Source: Octopus sinensis
Lineage: Eukaryota
NCBI RefSeq assembly: GCF_006345805.1
Contig: NC_042997.1
Location: 116,932,001 to 116,996,000, forward strand
Direction of reading: 5' to 3'
Length of the DNA: 64,000 bases
This document shows positions 49,444 through 63,118 of the stretch, in pieces. Each line of letters begins with the position of its first letter. Position 1 is the first letter of the stretch. The notes beneath the pieces were generated by a model. It saw only the letters and a list, made by a program, of their open reading frames with translations, was not told the DNA's origin and did no database searches. The position numbers were made by a program, and so were the translations under genes.

Positions 49444-50199
49444 TATATATATATATATATATACAATGTATATATATATATATATGCAATGTATATATAT
49501 ATATATATATGCAATGTATATATATATATGCAATATATATATATATATGCAATGTATATATATGTATATATCTATGCAATGTATATATATGTATATATCT
49601 ATGCAATGTATATATATGCATATATATGCAGTGTATATATATATACATACATATTCCCATAACTCTATAAGTATTCGTGTGTGTGATTGTGTGTGTGTGT
49701 GTGTGTGTGTGTACGTGCTTCTGTTCAACTAAATGCCAGGTAGTATATTCAGAGCCTTTTGAGTACTTCAACAAAGGAGAACAAAACTAATAGTGTTATT
49801 GTGTTGTTATGAATTACTTGAATATTTCCGTCTTTATTCTTTTATTATTCTCTACTACAGAAAATATTGATTATAACAGCTTCATATTGTAAACTGTCTT
49901 CTGCACTTTAACACGCTTTTGATGTACTTTAACACGCTTCTTATGCACTCTAACATTCAGTTATATTTTAATTTATATTGCAACTTATTGTTGTATGCCT
50001 TAGTGATATTTGTTGCACAATTCAGTTAAATGTTGATTAGCAGAGAGGGAGAGAGAGAAAGACAAGGGGTGAGAGTGTATAAGGAGAAAGCTACAAGGTA
50101 ATAATTGGAGGAAAACAGAAATTATACCTATCTATCTATCCTCCTATCTATCTATCCATCTACCTATCTATCTATCTATCTCACTCTCTCTATATATAT

Positions 50200-50234
<35 letters not shown>

Positions 50235-50710
50235 ATGTATATGTATATGTTTGTATGTATGTATATGTATGTATGTATATGTATGTATTTGTGTGTATGT
50301 ATGTGTATGTATGCATGTATGTGTATGTATGCATATATATTTATGGAGAAATATATATATATATAGCTGTATATATATATTGTATATATGTTTTTATATG
50401 TATTTGTGTATATATATATATGTGCATATATATCTGTATATGTATGTGTATATATATATGCATATATATGTATATATTTATGTGTATATATATGTGCATA
50501 TATATGTGTATATGTATATGCATGTATATATAGCTATATATGTGTATATATGTATGTTTATGTGTATGTATGTATATGTATGTATGTATGTATATGTATG
50601 TATATGAATGTATGTATTATATATATATATATATGTATGTATTATATATATGTATGTATGTATCTATGTATATATAGTTATATATGTATATGTATGCATG
50701 AATGTATGTG
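49250..50710. repeat. Punctuated TA and TATG microsatellite fields
   Basis: ATGCAATGTATA recurs about 12 times in 49286-49630. A TATG/TGTA mosaic occupies 50130-50710. Confidence 0.9.
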
Positions 50711-53700
50711 CAGATGAATGTAAGATGAAAATGTCAAAAGAGCGTGGAGTATGAAAGAAAGGGAAAAGAGATAGTAACAACTGAAATAAGAAAAATCTCA
50801 ATAAATGAAAATAATAAAAATGACTGCAGGGTTCATATTTTTGACCAATTATACATAAAAATCTGCAACGAAGAGATTTTAGAATTTGTTTGCAAACAGT
50901 TAGAAAATTGTAGTAAGTGCTTTCAGTTTCAGCATTAAACTAGAGCTGAAGTGGGCGAGCTGGCAAAATCGATAGCACACTGGCAAAATTATCAGCAGCA
51001 TTCCAACGGTCTTTACATTCGGTGTTCAAATTCTGCCGAGGTCGACTCTTCCTTTCATCTTTTGGTCTTGTGCCAAAAATTTGAAACCGACATTAAACTA
51101 TGGCTGGCCAGTTGATATAGTCGGCAGAGCAATGGAAAGTAATGGTTGTATATGTTTTTTCTATTCAAATTTTGAATGTCGACAATTTCGACTGAATCAT
51201 CTGAGATCAAATCCGTCTGAAATCAACTTGTGTTTTATCGTATTCTGGTCTATAAAATATCGTATTTGTGAAGTGCTTGGGTAGGTTTATTTTCTTAAAA
51301 TGCAACTAAGCCAAGATATGAATGCAATTTTAGTAAAATTATACACCTCGTTAAATATGTGTCACGTTATGTCTATAATAGAAATCAATGCTCACATTAG
51401 ATATATACTGGTATTTCGATGTAGTTCCATATATTATCTACAAATTAGAATAGAAGCGTATAGAATTAGGCATTATGTACAATCAATAATATTCGTTGCA
51501 ATACATTATATTTAGCATTCTTGCTTAGACACAGCATTAATTATTGAGAGAATAATAGATTGTCTAAAATCAACTGTAATTACAAAAATAACGTTACCTC
51601 GAGGGTAATGAAATGAGAAGAAAAATATAATCGTGGAAAAAAAAGTTAATGATAGGGGGAGCTTACTTATTGAATTAATGTGCAAAATGGATGAGTATTT
51701 CACAGACTCGTGTATCTTTAGTGTTATTATCAGGTAAAATTAGTGTCATGCAAATGGTACAGAACTATGTCTTTGAGTAACAGGTGGAAGCAATTAGACT
51801 CGATTTTACAGACTCCGTCTGCTCAAATTCACTCACATTGTTTCGGTGGACCTGAAGTTATGAGAATTTAACCCATCTCTAACCTGAGAGAAACTCAAGA
51901 GAAATAAAATTCACAAAGTAATTCCTCGTGTCGTGAGATGTTAATTTTAATATTTTAGGTTTTAAAAATTGTCGACGAACTGGAAGAAACGTTATCCCGC
52001 TGGGGGAAAAAACCTAGGGGCATTTCGTCCGTCTTCATGTTTTGAGTGCAAATGCCGCTGAGGTCGACTTTGCCTTTCATTCTCTCGGTGTCGATAATAT
52101 AAATACCAGTTGAGTACTGGGGGGTCGATATAATCGATTTACCCCTTCCTCCGAAATTGCTGGCCTTGTACCAAAATTTGAAACCAATATTTTAATTACG
52201 ATATTATATTTTCAATAAAATCATTAAAATAATTTTACACTTCAGTACTTTTGGTTTATCTGCAACGATTTGGCAATAATAGAATTAGAATGAGCCAAAT
52301 TTGCAACAAGATGCGTTCGTTACATTATAAAACTGTACAGATACACACTATACAATACCATAGAATCTAACTACAGTGTGTTGATATATTTATTACTCAA
52401 AGTAGAATATACTTTGCATGCTGAACACCGAGCTGTAGCGGATGTTATACTTTCGAGACTTATGTCCTTACACTAAGAGAGACAAAGCACGTAAATACGT
52501 TGATGTTATTAGTAGAGAACCACAACAGGATACTGAGGACCAATTGATGCTAACGAACGACTGTGATTCTTTGCACATTCTGATGAAAGGCATCCCAGAT
52601 GGTGTTGAAGAGCCTTCTTCATTGTTCATATTTCAGCTCCCAAAGGCGGAATTCTCTCTGCACATGACCTGAAGAAGGTCAGCCTTGTTAACTTTGAAAT
52701 ATTCTGTTTGTCACATATTTTGAAGTTAGAGACCGACACACCAGGCATTCCAGGGACCCGGAGTATTTGTAACAGGTTGCTATACAATGCGTATATTTAT
52801 ATGAAGTAGGAAATAACATGGTTAAATGTTTAATATTTTCGCTTCACAACCACGAGGGCCCAGGTTCGATCTCACTGTGAGGCATTTCGAACATGGGTCA
52901 TTTAACAACACAAGCCTTCTGAATTAAGGTAGATAAATTGTGTAGACAGAAACTGTGTAGAAGGCTGTGGGATAGTTAGTACCAGTGAATCAATGGCACA
53001 ACCTTATCACATACTGTGTCACAGTCTGCCTCAGAATTGCGTTATGGTTGCGGTGACTATGGATTACTCCAATACTTATACGCCAATTCGTTGTTTAGTT
53101 AATTCAGTTAGTTTAGCGAGTGAATATTATTATAAGTCAAAAGCGACAGAGATATTTTCATTTATACTGGGGAAGAATATAGTGTATCAGAATGTTGTTA
53201 AATAATAGCGTCACTGACTGGGTGCGTATATAAATGTAAGAAGTAAAAAGTTAGCTATTTTAATGATCGGGTAAAATATGAAGAGTGTATAAGAATTCGT
53301 GTATAATGCTTCAGTAACGAATTAAATAGCCATTTAAGGACTGTATAAAGTGTGTAGGTATGTATATATGGAGTACAGTAATGAGATAATATTTTGGTGA
53401 CTGTATAAAATATGTATACATATATATATATAAAGTAGGTGTATTGTGCAGCATTAAGGTGCAGGGAAATTACACTGGTCAACAACATTCGAACGTTTTG
53501 AAGTCCCATGCACTAAAGAAATTGCACTTTGTAGTACTTTTAACGCAGATTTTAAATCTGTTTTTAGAGTTTTTCTATGAGACATGGTTTTTATGTGACA
53601 GAATAATTCATTCATAAAGCGTTGAGATCTACACTTACACAGCATGGACTGCTGAGCACGTTTTATGAAAACACATAAAAAACAAAAAAAATAGTTAAAA

Positions 53701-54086
53701 TATCTTCTTGGTATATAATGGTGGCAAGTTTTACATCATCTGATAAGTCACTAGTTGAACTATCTCTTGACAGACATTTCAACAAACGCCCATAAATTAG
53801 ATACATCCATCTGGGCCACGATCGTAGCCTGTCGACCTGTGCTTGACGACCACGATCGTGTCCCGTCGCGCTTTATGTGTTAAATTATACAATAAATGTA
53901 CTATATTAATGCAAAAATAAGGCTGACAATTATAATTGGTCAAAAGAATTAATGAAAACGTCTGTCCCACAAACAAACGCAGATGAACTTACTAACATTA
54001 TATCTGCAGAATTCAAATGTTTTCAGACTTTTTCTATAAGTCATAGTTTTTCTGTGGTAGCGTATGTAAATTGTTAAACAATTGTA

Positions 54087-54310
54087 TTGGGTTTCTGGAA
54101 AGTTCGTGCCGATTTATAGTAGCTTACCTTTCAACTTACCCTCCCAGGCATCTCAGTTCTGGGAAGAGGATATTTTCAAGTTAAGGGGAAAATGGAGACG
54201 CATTGTGCAACAAAATGGTTCATATTCGGTTGATTAAAAATGTAATGGCAAGTATTTATTGACCTTTTTCTTTTCTTTATAAATCGGCACGAACTTTCCG
54301 GACAACCCAA
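54087..54310 (+). mobile_element. Internally deleted mariner nested in the Chapaev element
   Basis: About 32-bp TIRs TTGGGTT(T/G)(C/T)(T/C)GGAAAGTTCGTGCCGATTTATA. Encodes FWEEDIFKLRGKWRRIVQQNGSY, a mariner C-terminus. Flanks TA / TG. Confidence 0.85.
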
Positions 54311-54429
54311 TGTTTCATGAATTCAAAAATCAGTCTAATATTACAAGGAAACTTATCCTTAAACCGTAGATGCATATGATTTTCGACTGTATTTAGTTTC
54401 TTGAACGTCCCTTTTAAGTGACTAACAAT

Positions 54430-55990
54430 AATCAGCCAACATAGAAGAGCTCCACTTTTCTTGGTACCGGGTTTCCATGTTCAGAATGTCCTTTCTGTCT
54501 TCTCACCGTGCTCGTCATTGACAGCCTCAAGATTTGCAGGGGAAAAGTCTAAGTGAGAGATCAAGAAGTGGAGTTTTAGGCTCATATTGCATCGCAAGGC
54601 CTTGTATAATGTCAGTAGCTCTTTCACAATGTCAGAATAGTTCTCTGCTCTGTGATTTTCCCCAAAATTCTCTGAAAACCTTCCTAAGTGACAGCTTTTT
54701 CAGCGTCATTGATCTCTTCATCAAATTTTTGGTCTCTCATCAGCTCCCTAATCTGTGGCCCAACAAAAATACCTTCCTTGGTTTTTGCGTCACTTACTCT
54801 TAGAAATTTAATTTTCAAATACGTGAATTCTTTGCCAGTTCTACCCATACCTTTGAAGAAATTCTTCATCAACCCTAGCTTAATACTCAAAGGAGGCAGA
54901 TAAATTTCCTCAGAATCAACAAGAGGAAGATGGATGACATTTTTCTTGTTCAGGAGCCGGAGATCGTTTCGGCCACACATACTTTTCATAATGATTTTCT
55001 TTAATGCCTATTGTCCCACTCACAGAGAAAACAACAAAACTTGGTGTAACACAGTTGCATTCTAAGCAAAAGTACCATAATCTTTAGGTCGCCACAAATA
55101 TTCGACTTATGTTCCTCATACTTAAATATTTTGCAACAAAAGCCTCATACTCTCATATGTTTTCTTAGTGTTAGCTGCATGTCGTGTAAAACTGCTTCCA
55201 AGGTTACTTTTCAAGAGTCAATAAACAAACGCCACTCATTCGTGCTATATTTGCGGTTAAGTGCCTCCATAACAGAATATGCATCATTACCAAACACCGC
55301 ACCATCCTCAAGTGAAAAACAATTTGCAAAATCACAATGCCGAGCATGATAAAAACTAAATTTGGTCTCTTTCTGGAGAAGACTTCAGCCCTTTAACCTG
55401 GAACCAAGAAGTTCAGCTTGCTTTTTCGACAAGTTTTAACCCCGCGCGAGATCGTTCAGATTTTCCTGACTCAACAAATGGGATTCACGTGAAGAACAGT
55501 TAGGCTCAAACTCCATGTCCTCTATTTCTTTCTCTACAGCTTCATCACTTGACTCGCTGTCACTAAGTGTCATTTGTATTCGAGAGTCAGGTACAGGTAA
55601 CTGTTGTCGGTGAAGTACTGGTCGCATATCAAATTGTAAATTAGGATAGTTTACAATATGCTTCGATTTTGATGTTGTACCTTGTATATTCGTCATGCAG
55701 AAGTAGCAATCTGATGTGTGATCTTTGGGCTCTCTCCAAATCATAGGGATGGCAAAAGATATATGGCATGAACCTTTGGCCCATGCAATGAGAAGCCTGA
55801 CACATGTTACACAACGCACATAAGGGGCCCATTTTTTACTGGTCACCCACTTTGCAGTCAAAATAATGCTCACAGCACTTTTTAATCAATGGAGTGAAAC
55901 GTAGTATCTGTGACTTGAATGTTAAGTCACCGTAAATGTAGGAAAAGTTGTTTACGATGTTTATACAGTTTCTTGGTGTTATGAAGGTGA
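54430..55990 (-). pseudogene. Chapaev3-like transposase remnant (stops and frameshifts)
   Basis: Motifs YFDCKVGDQ, IPMIWREPKDHTSDCYFC, HLLSQENLNDL, EWRLFIDS, LPPLSIKLGLMKNF, KEGIFVGPQIR, AVNDEHGE. Family assigned from recalled consensus motifs. Confidence 0.8.
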
Positions 55991-56049
55991 ATGGAATATG
56001 TGAATTTAGTAAACAACCGCACACCCACACTTTAAGCACACTACTGACA

Positions 56050-56138
56050 AAGCATCGGTGACTCATCGACTCAGTGTTGCCAAGCATTGGTGACTCATCG
56101 ACTCAGTATTGCCAAGCTTCGGTGACTCATTGACTCAG
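56050..56138 (+). repeat. 32-bp tandem repeat x2.8 containing TGACTCA
   Basis: AAGCATCGGTGACTCATCGACTCAGTGTTGCC-type units. Confidence 0.9.
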
Positions 56139-56984
56139 ATTTGTGGTTTCATTGGGTTAATTCTATTCATATACATTTAAATTAGGATTATTTCTTAAAC
56201 CGTTAGCTTTCCATTTCAACAGCTTGATTTAAATTTAGCTCGCGGAACAAGAACTGAGTGGTATATCGTGGAACATAGAAACTGTGGATTATACAGATAA
56301 TTTGACATTATTTTTGAATTCTGCATGCAAAAACATATAAAATACGGGTATTCTTTTTCTTGGAACAAATTCTTTGTTGACCAATAATTATTATAGTGAT
56401 GTATAAATTATGCTTACATATATATAAGAAATCAATATATTGTAGAACAGCAAGATGCTGGACAATTACTTCCTTAACTACACTAGTATTGTGAGAAGAC
56501 ACAATTAAAACACAGGGCTTGCCACTTGTTGAACTCTATTATAAACTCTTTAATAAGTTCGGTAAGTTCAATTAGGTAATTATAATTTGTTTTTGCTACA
56601 TTGAATGTATTAATTTAGTGTTACATGATAATTCACATATACTATTTTGCTTATCTTGAAGTATAATAGTTAAAGTGTAACAGAAATAATTTAATTAGGG
56701 AATACTTATTTCGAAATAAAATGACAATTATTCTGTTGTGTTATCTGCAACACAGTCCTCTGGCAAACATGATTCGAATATCGTTGACTTTTACTTTCTC
56801 GAACTCTTACGTACAGTGTCTCATATAAGTTACATTAAGTATTATTAACAGTTATTTCTCAGTTTAATTCATAAGTAATTTCTTACGAAGTAATTTTGCT
56901 ATAATGTGTATTAGAAGCACTATGTAATTAACTATATTATGGAAGTCAAACAGTGCAGTTAAAATAAGAGAACCAGTTTATATT

Positions 56985-57201
56985 TTATTCTACTCTAGGC
57001 ACAAGGCCCGAAATTTTTTGGGGAAGAGGGCCAGCCGATTAGATCGACCGCGGTACGCTACTGGTACTTAATTTATCGGCCCTGAAAGGATGAAAGGCAA
57101 AGTCGACTTCGGCGAAATTTGAACTCAGGACGTAGAGACAGTCGAAATACTGGTATGCATTTCGCCCGGCGTGCTAAAGTTTCTGCCAGCTCTCCGCCTT
57201 C
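56985..57201 (-). mobile_element. SINE-B monomer
   Basis: Flanked by GAGAACCAGTTTATATT on both sides. Confidence 0.92.
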
Positions 57202-57218
57202 GAGAACCAGTTTATATT

Positions 57219-57617
57219 CCTTTCTACTCTAGGCACAAAGCCCGAAATTTTGGGGGAGGGAGCTAGTCGATTACATCGACCCCAGTACGCAACTGGTACT
57301 AAACTTATCGACCCCGAAAGGATGAAAGGCAAAGTCGACCTCGGCGGAATTTGAACTCAGAACGTAAAGACAGACGAAATACCTATTTCTTTACTACCCA
57401 GAAGGGGCTAAACACAGAGAGGACAAACAAGGACAGACAAACGGATTAAGTCGATTACATCGACCCCAGTGCGTAACTGGTACTTATTTAATCAACCTCG
57501 AAAGGATGAAAGGCAAAGTCGAACTCGGCGGAATTTGAACTCAGAACGTAAGGGCAGACGAAATACGGCTACGCATTTCGCCCGGCGTGCTAACGTTTCT
57601 GCTAGCCCTGTGCCTTC
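57219..57617 (-). mobile_element. SINE-B two-module copy
   Basis: 184-bp period; flanked by the same 17-mer. Confidence 0.92.
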
Positions 57618-58169
57618 GAGAACTAGTTTATATTTCCTAATCTAATGAATGGAAAGTGCATGGTCTCTAGTCTAATAGGTACGGAGAGGTCACTTGCTAA
57701 GCGATAGACACTAGTTCGAATGCTATAAATGCGCATGTTGCAGTTTGTATTCTTTTGATATATAATGTTTGTTGTTAATCATATTATCACAGCGTTTACG
57801 TTATTCTTCTATTAGGTTCAATATCTTCCCTGTGTACGACGGAGTGAAAATCTTCCTTAAATTAACAACTTCTTTGACACAGAATCTTTTCAACAATATA
57901 CCATTAACACTTCTAAACCTGTTTGACCTCCTGGTTTTTGGTGTTCTCTTTTATAATTCTATGAACGCCTTACAACCTAAGTTACAAGGAGTTCCCTGTA
58001 AGAGGGAAATGCAGAATGCGTTCCAACTGTTTTTCTCCCCACCCTCACTCTACCCCCATCCTGAAACAAAAAACAATTTACGTTGACCATATATTGATCT
58101 CATCATTTGCTTATTTATGATAGTCTCCACATCTTACACCGAATTTGTTTGATAAATTCGATGATGAAT

Positions 58170-58510
58170 TCTGACATATATGAGGCAGAAATAGTAGCAA
58201 CGATACATGATAACCTAATCAAAAAGAAGAATTACATTCGGTTATGCGACGGCGCGTTCAACAGTCGTGATGCTCTCCACATATCTTCTTTCCAGCACAT
58301 GGACAAAAGTTGGCTAGCCTCGTCTGGAATTTGAAGAGAAACTCCACACTATACAAAATCAACTGGAAAATCGTCGAAAAATCCAAGTCATCTGTAACCG
58401 AATAAACAAATGCAAGTTCTGTGTAGCTGAATGATCGTACATCCATTTTACATCTAAAAATGTCATCACACTGCTGAATTCAAGATCAGAAATGTTCAGG
58501 AAAAGATCGA
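58170..58510 (+). pseudogene. Penelope-like GIY-YIG endonuclease remnant
   Basis: DIYEAEI..KKNYIRLC..FNSR..HISSF / VWNLKRN..YKINWKIVEKS / NKCKFCVAE / TLLNSRSE across frameshifts. This follows the order of PLE endonuclease motifs. Confidence 0.8.
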
Positions 58511-58906
58511 AAATGTTCAACATGGACAAGTTTCTTTTGGAGAATTGAAGAACACCACTCTCTTCGGATTGAGCAGCTGTATCGCAGACTTTAGACTGAC
58601 CCCGTTGATTCCACACCATCTAGGCTTAGGACTTTACAGTAAAAGGGGACATAACTGTAATTATTTTTCTTTTTTCTTTTTCCGTCTTTTTTTTTTCACC
58701 ATTCCACTCTTTGAACCCAGCTTCATCCCGTTTTCTCTCCTGATTTCTCTTGTTTTATTGTCCCGATGTAACTTGTATAGATCATGTGGCCAGAGCCTGA
58801 AGGTTACTTGGAGATAGTAGGCATGATTTAAAATATAAACCTGTTTTGATAATATCTTCAATGTACGAATGTATTAGTAGCTCATAATTATATATTGTGT
58901 ACATTA

Positions 58907-58944
<38 letters not shown>

Positions 58945-59719
58945 AATACACATTAAGTACATCACCAACCAGTGAAAAATACGTAAACACACAGAGATGA
59001 GGACAAAATGCCAAAAGAAGTCTAGCTCCTCCTCAGTTGTCGACTGCCCCGTATTTTGTGCTTTTAACGACAAGATAGGAAAACTTCATAAGATAGCAGC
59101 ATCCAGAAATTTTTTTAAATATAAAATTTGTGGAGAGTTAGGGCTTCGAACAAACAAACAATAACAGAGTAGACGTATATAGTAAACAATCAACGAAGAC
59201 AAACGTTAAGGCTGTTAGGCCAAGACGAATTGTAATGGGTAACGCCTGGAAGAAACGTTGAAAGGAAATAGAAGAGAAGAAAATAGTAAGAGAGAAAAAA
59301 TGTCGGGAGTCGAGAGAAATGGCGTCCATCGCGCTGGACGTCTTGTTCAGAAGAGATCGGGGCAAGAGAAATGACCTGTTGTTACGTGTGAGCGACAGAC
59401 ATAAGGGAAGCGGAGATACAGATGTGTGTGTTTGTGTGTAAAAAGGAGACAGTCATAACTGGGAACGTGTTTTATCTTGTCTCTTCTCGATTAGTTCTGA
59501 CTTTGCTTTTAGAAAACAAAACAACGAAAATTTTCGTCAGCCAGTGTAGGAGTCTCTATATAAATACTTTACCTGCTAGAAATAGCAGACCTATGATCAA
59601 TGACATCTTATCTGTGACCACAAGACAAAGTTTACGAGAACTACATTATTTTATGTAATAGAAGACTGTAATTTGAGTGGCATTTTGTACTAATTCTAGC
59701 AGGTCATGCCTTTATAATA

Positions 59720-59795
<76 letters not shown>

Positions 59796-60018
59796 AAAAA
59801 GGAGATGTGGAACATGAGTTGTGATATACAAAAAAAGGAAAGAGAAAAAAATCAATCAGAAAGGAACTTTATCTCACTCAATATATCTTTTGATAAGCAT
59901 AACAAATGCGCAACCGGTAAAAAGAACTTTCACCTAATTAAATGCACTCTCCTTACTTAAATTATTTTGTCAGCATTTTCTTCATTTCCTTTATATATAT
60001 ATATATATATTATATATA

Positions 60019-60086
<68 letters not shown>

Positions 60087-63075
60087 AACTTAGATTGTAT
60101 CGTAAATACTTCTGAATCTTAGAAGGTATGAATATTAGGAAGATATAATAAATGCGCAGAAATCGAAGGTATCAGAAAGCGCCAAAAGACAACACATGTC
60201 ATGAATGGCCTGAAGCTTGAAAATATAACGGCAATACTCAGGAGACTAAATCTCAAGAGGATTTAAAGGACAATGTCTTATCATTATTTTGATAAAATAT
60301 TTATCTGTCCAGTTGTCTTGTAAGTTGTAATGTTTGTAGCAATTTCCGGATGTTTGTAACCTGACATAATTTCACTTAAGACATGACAGAAATAAAATAT
60401 GTTTCGGTTCTGCTGTTCTGCTTAACAGTGAAACGCATAAGTGACTTCAAACCACTTCGGTTGTGTTAGAATTCAAAAGTTTAAATATTTAATGATAGGG
60501 GTTATCGTCAATATTTTGTTTCTGTCAAATATTCGGGTTATTCTGGCATGCGGACGACAATCTGTATTCCCGCTTGAGACTTTTTTGGTTGTTAACAAAA
60601 TAAAATGGAAAACGAATGTGCATAGGTAACATTCTTTGGTCCATGTGCAGTTTAGTGCTTAAATAAGAAATACAAACTTTGATACGACTAACAAGAGACA
60701 GGCAGAAGACATAGAGTCTTCACTTTACCATTCCCTTCTCTATGGAAGCTGTCGTATGACAAGGGACATAGTGCATTTTAAAGTCAATGTTTTTGATACA
60801 ACTGTAATAATTCCGGGTTGACATGGGAGTTAATTTTATTATGAGCTAATTTTGAACTTCAGTTCAGAATAAAGTTAATTAAACATGAATCATATACAAG
60901 AACTAAGAGTTAATTCATTAGACAGGAATGAAATTGGCATTTTCCTTAAATTACTAGCAAAAGATTTAGAAATTAGAAACTCAATGGGAAGTACTATTGA
61001 TAATTTTTCTGTTTGTTTTATTTGTGGCTGGTTTTGTGTTTAATAAATTTAGAAAGAAATTAGTAGTCTACCATCTGCAAGTTATGTTGTAGAATCTTCT
61101 TCGAAAGTTTTAATTAATTGATAGCTATTTACAAATAAACCAGGCAAACAAAATTATCGTGAGGATGAGAAAGTAAATAAAGAGATAAGAGAGAAAAATG
61201 TTGCGGTAGATGTTCATACTTAAAAGTTGAAAGCGAAATTGCATAACGATTTTACAAGATTTGTATCTCGTACAAATGCATAGCAATTTTAATAATTAAG
61301 TTCCTTACATCTCTCTATATTTCTTCTTCCCCTCTTTTCTCTCACTCGTCTCTCTCTCTCTCTCACTCTTCCTAAGTATCTTTTGCAACTGTTATTTTTA
61401 TTTAAAATACATTTCATGCGTTGCTTCTTCAATCTAATGGAATAACAACTACCGCGAAAGAAAATTTAAATGACGGTTTCATATTTATATTATGAAATAA
61501 TTATTGAAATTCTTTCCCAGTTGTTAATCCAGATTTTATGTTTAGGAATTGCTATTTAAAACTTTATTTGCAACAGTCACTTTGAAAGAAACTATTTAAT
61601 TATTTAAAAAGAAAAGAAGTATTATGAAATCATTTCCTTGAATTTGAAATTTCTCTTCCCCTGTCCTTGTTTCCTGAGATGATCGTCAATACCAAGCATT
61701 GTAATCTTTAAAAATTCTTAGTAAATGTCTGGTAATCTGATTCAACAAGTTGGTTTCGAGTTGGTTATTAGTTCCCTTCACTTAATTAATATCTTAGAGA
61801 ACTAAAGGGATGTCACGCATTTAAGAAATCGTATTACATACGTGGTATTTTTCAGAAACTCAACTTACATAATCTTCTTTCGTCCGAAATGGATTTCATT
61901 AAACTAGCGATTAGAATTGACATTATACAATCGTGTAAGATGTTGATTCAATGTTATATAATCATTGAATACAGAGAGATCGAGTCGACAACCTCATTTC
62001 AATTCCCGCTATATATTTAAATACATTGGCGAAGGTAATGACAAGAACACGTTCTATTTAACTTCTTGTGAGAAAAGCGGGTTCTTTGAGTTACAATGGT
62101 CATCTGCTGACAGACTTCATTCCAGGCGTTTTCTGGCATCAATAATAATATCTTTAAGAACTGACAGACGTGGTACTGTATTGCTGGATCAGTCTCTTTA
62201 TAAATGTCTAGCATGAACAACGAGTGTCGTTGAGTTATAGCTCTGTCCCCAATGTGATTATTAATGTAATTAAAGAAGTTCCAGTTAGATGGAGTTGTTC
62301 TGTTTCTGGGGTTTCTTTGTATCCGAATATTTTCATACTTAACGGAATGATTAGGATACTGTGACATGCTTCTCTCTTTTAAATACATTAATGACACCAG
62401 TAAAACATGACAACCAATAAAATCTGTCATGGATTATTAGAATTGGGTTTGCTTAGATTTTACCGAAGCTCCACAGTAGTTGCTACACAAGATAATTTTG
62501 TAGTATATGTCTCTTCATATAGAGAGAAAGTAATAAAGAAACATTCCCAAAAGAGAAAATGGCGATTACCATTTTTCTTTTCTAAAGTAGATGGCATAAA
62601 TATCAATCTATGTTGTCTTTACCTTCAAAGTATCATATAGGGAAATAGATCACAACGAGTTAACATTTGTTTGATTTCTTTATTTGACTATAAGCAAACA
62701 TGCAACAGTTGAAATGCTGGGGAGATCTGTTTATACACAAAAATAAAGGAAGAAATATTTCTACAAGCTCCTAAATTCAGTTTAACTGCTAGACTGTGCT
62801 CATGTATACTTTGAAAGAAATAGTAATACACTTTGACAATAGAAAAAGATACACTTAACCATAAAGAGACTCTTTAAATGTGACAAACTATAATCAATGA
62901 TAAAAAAATTTCATGCACAAAAACACCGAGCTATCGAATTGCATACATTCGAAAACTGGAAAATGTAGTTCTAGATATAATGTGCCTTACAAAAATGGAA
63001 TGGACTTGAATGGAACATCATTGATCATAAATCTGCTTCATCAGGGATGGACTGAGGTCGAACACAAGAACCTGT

Positions 63076-63118
<43 letters not shown>

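Larger units (their letters stand above)
53473..56386 (-). mobile_element. Degenerate Chapaev3-like (CMC) DNA transposon
   Basis: Termini CACTGGTCAACAA / TTGTTGACCAATA with ATTA on both flanks. An internal transposase remnant is present. Confidence 0.72.

Noticed and set aside
52665-52712. CTGAAGAAGG...GAAATATTC hammerhead-like order
   Set aside because: No stem I or convincing stem II.
62060-62215. IIISLRTDRRGTVLLDQSLY weakly like the PLE pre-RT motif
   Set aside because: Similarity is too weak and no downstream RT motifs are seen.
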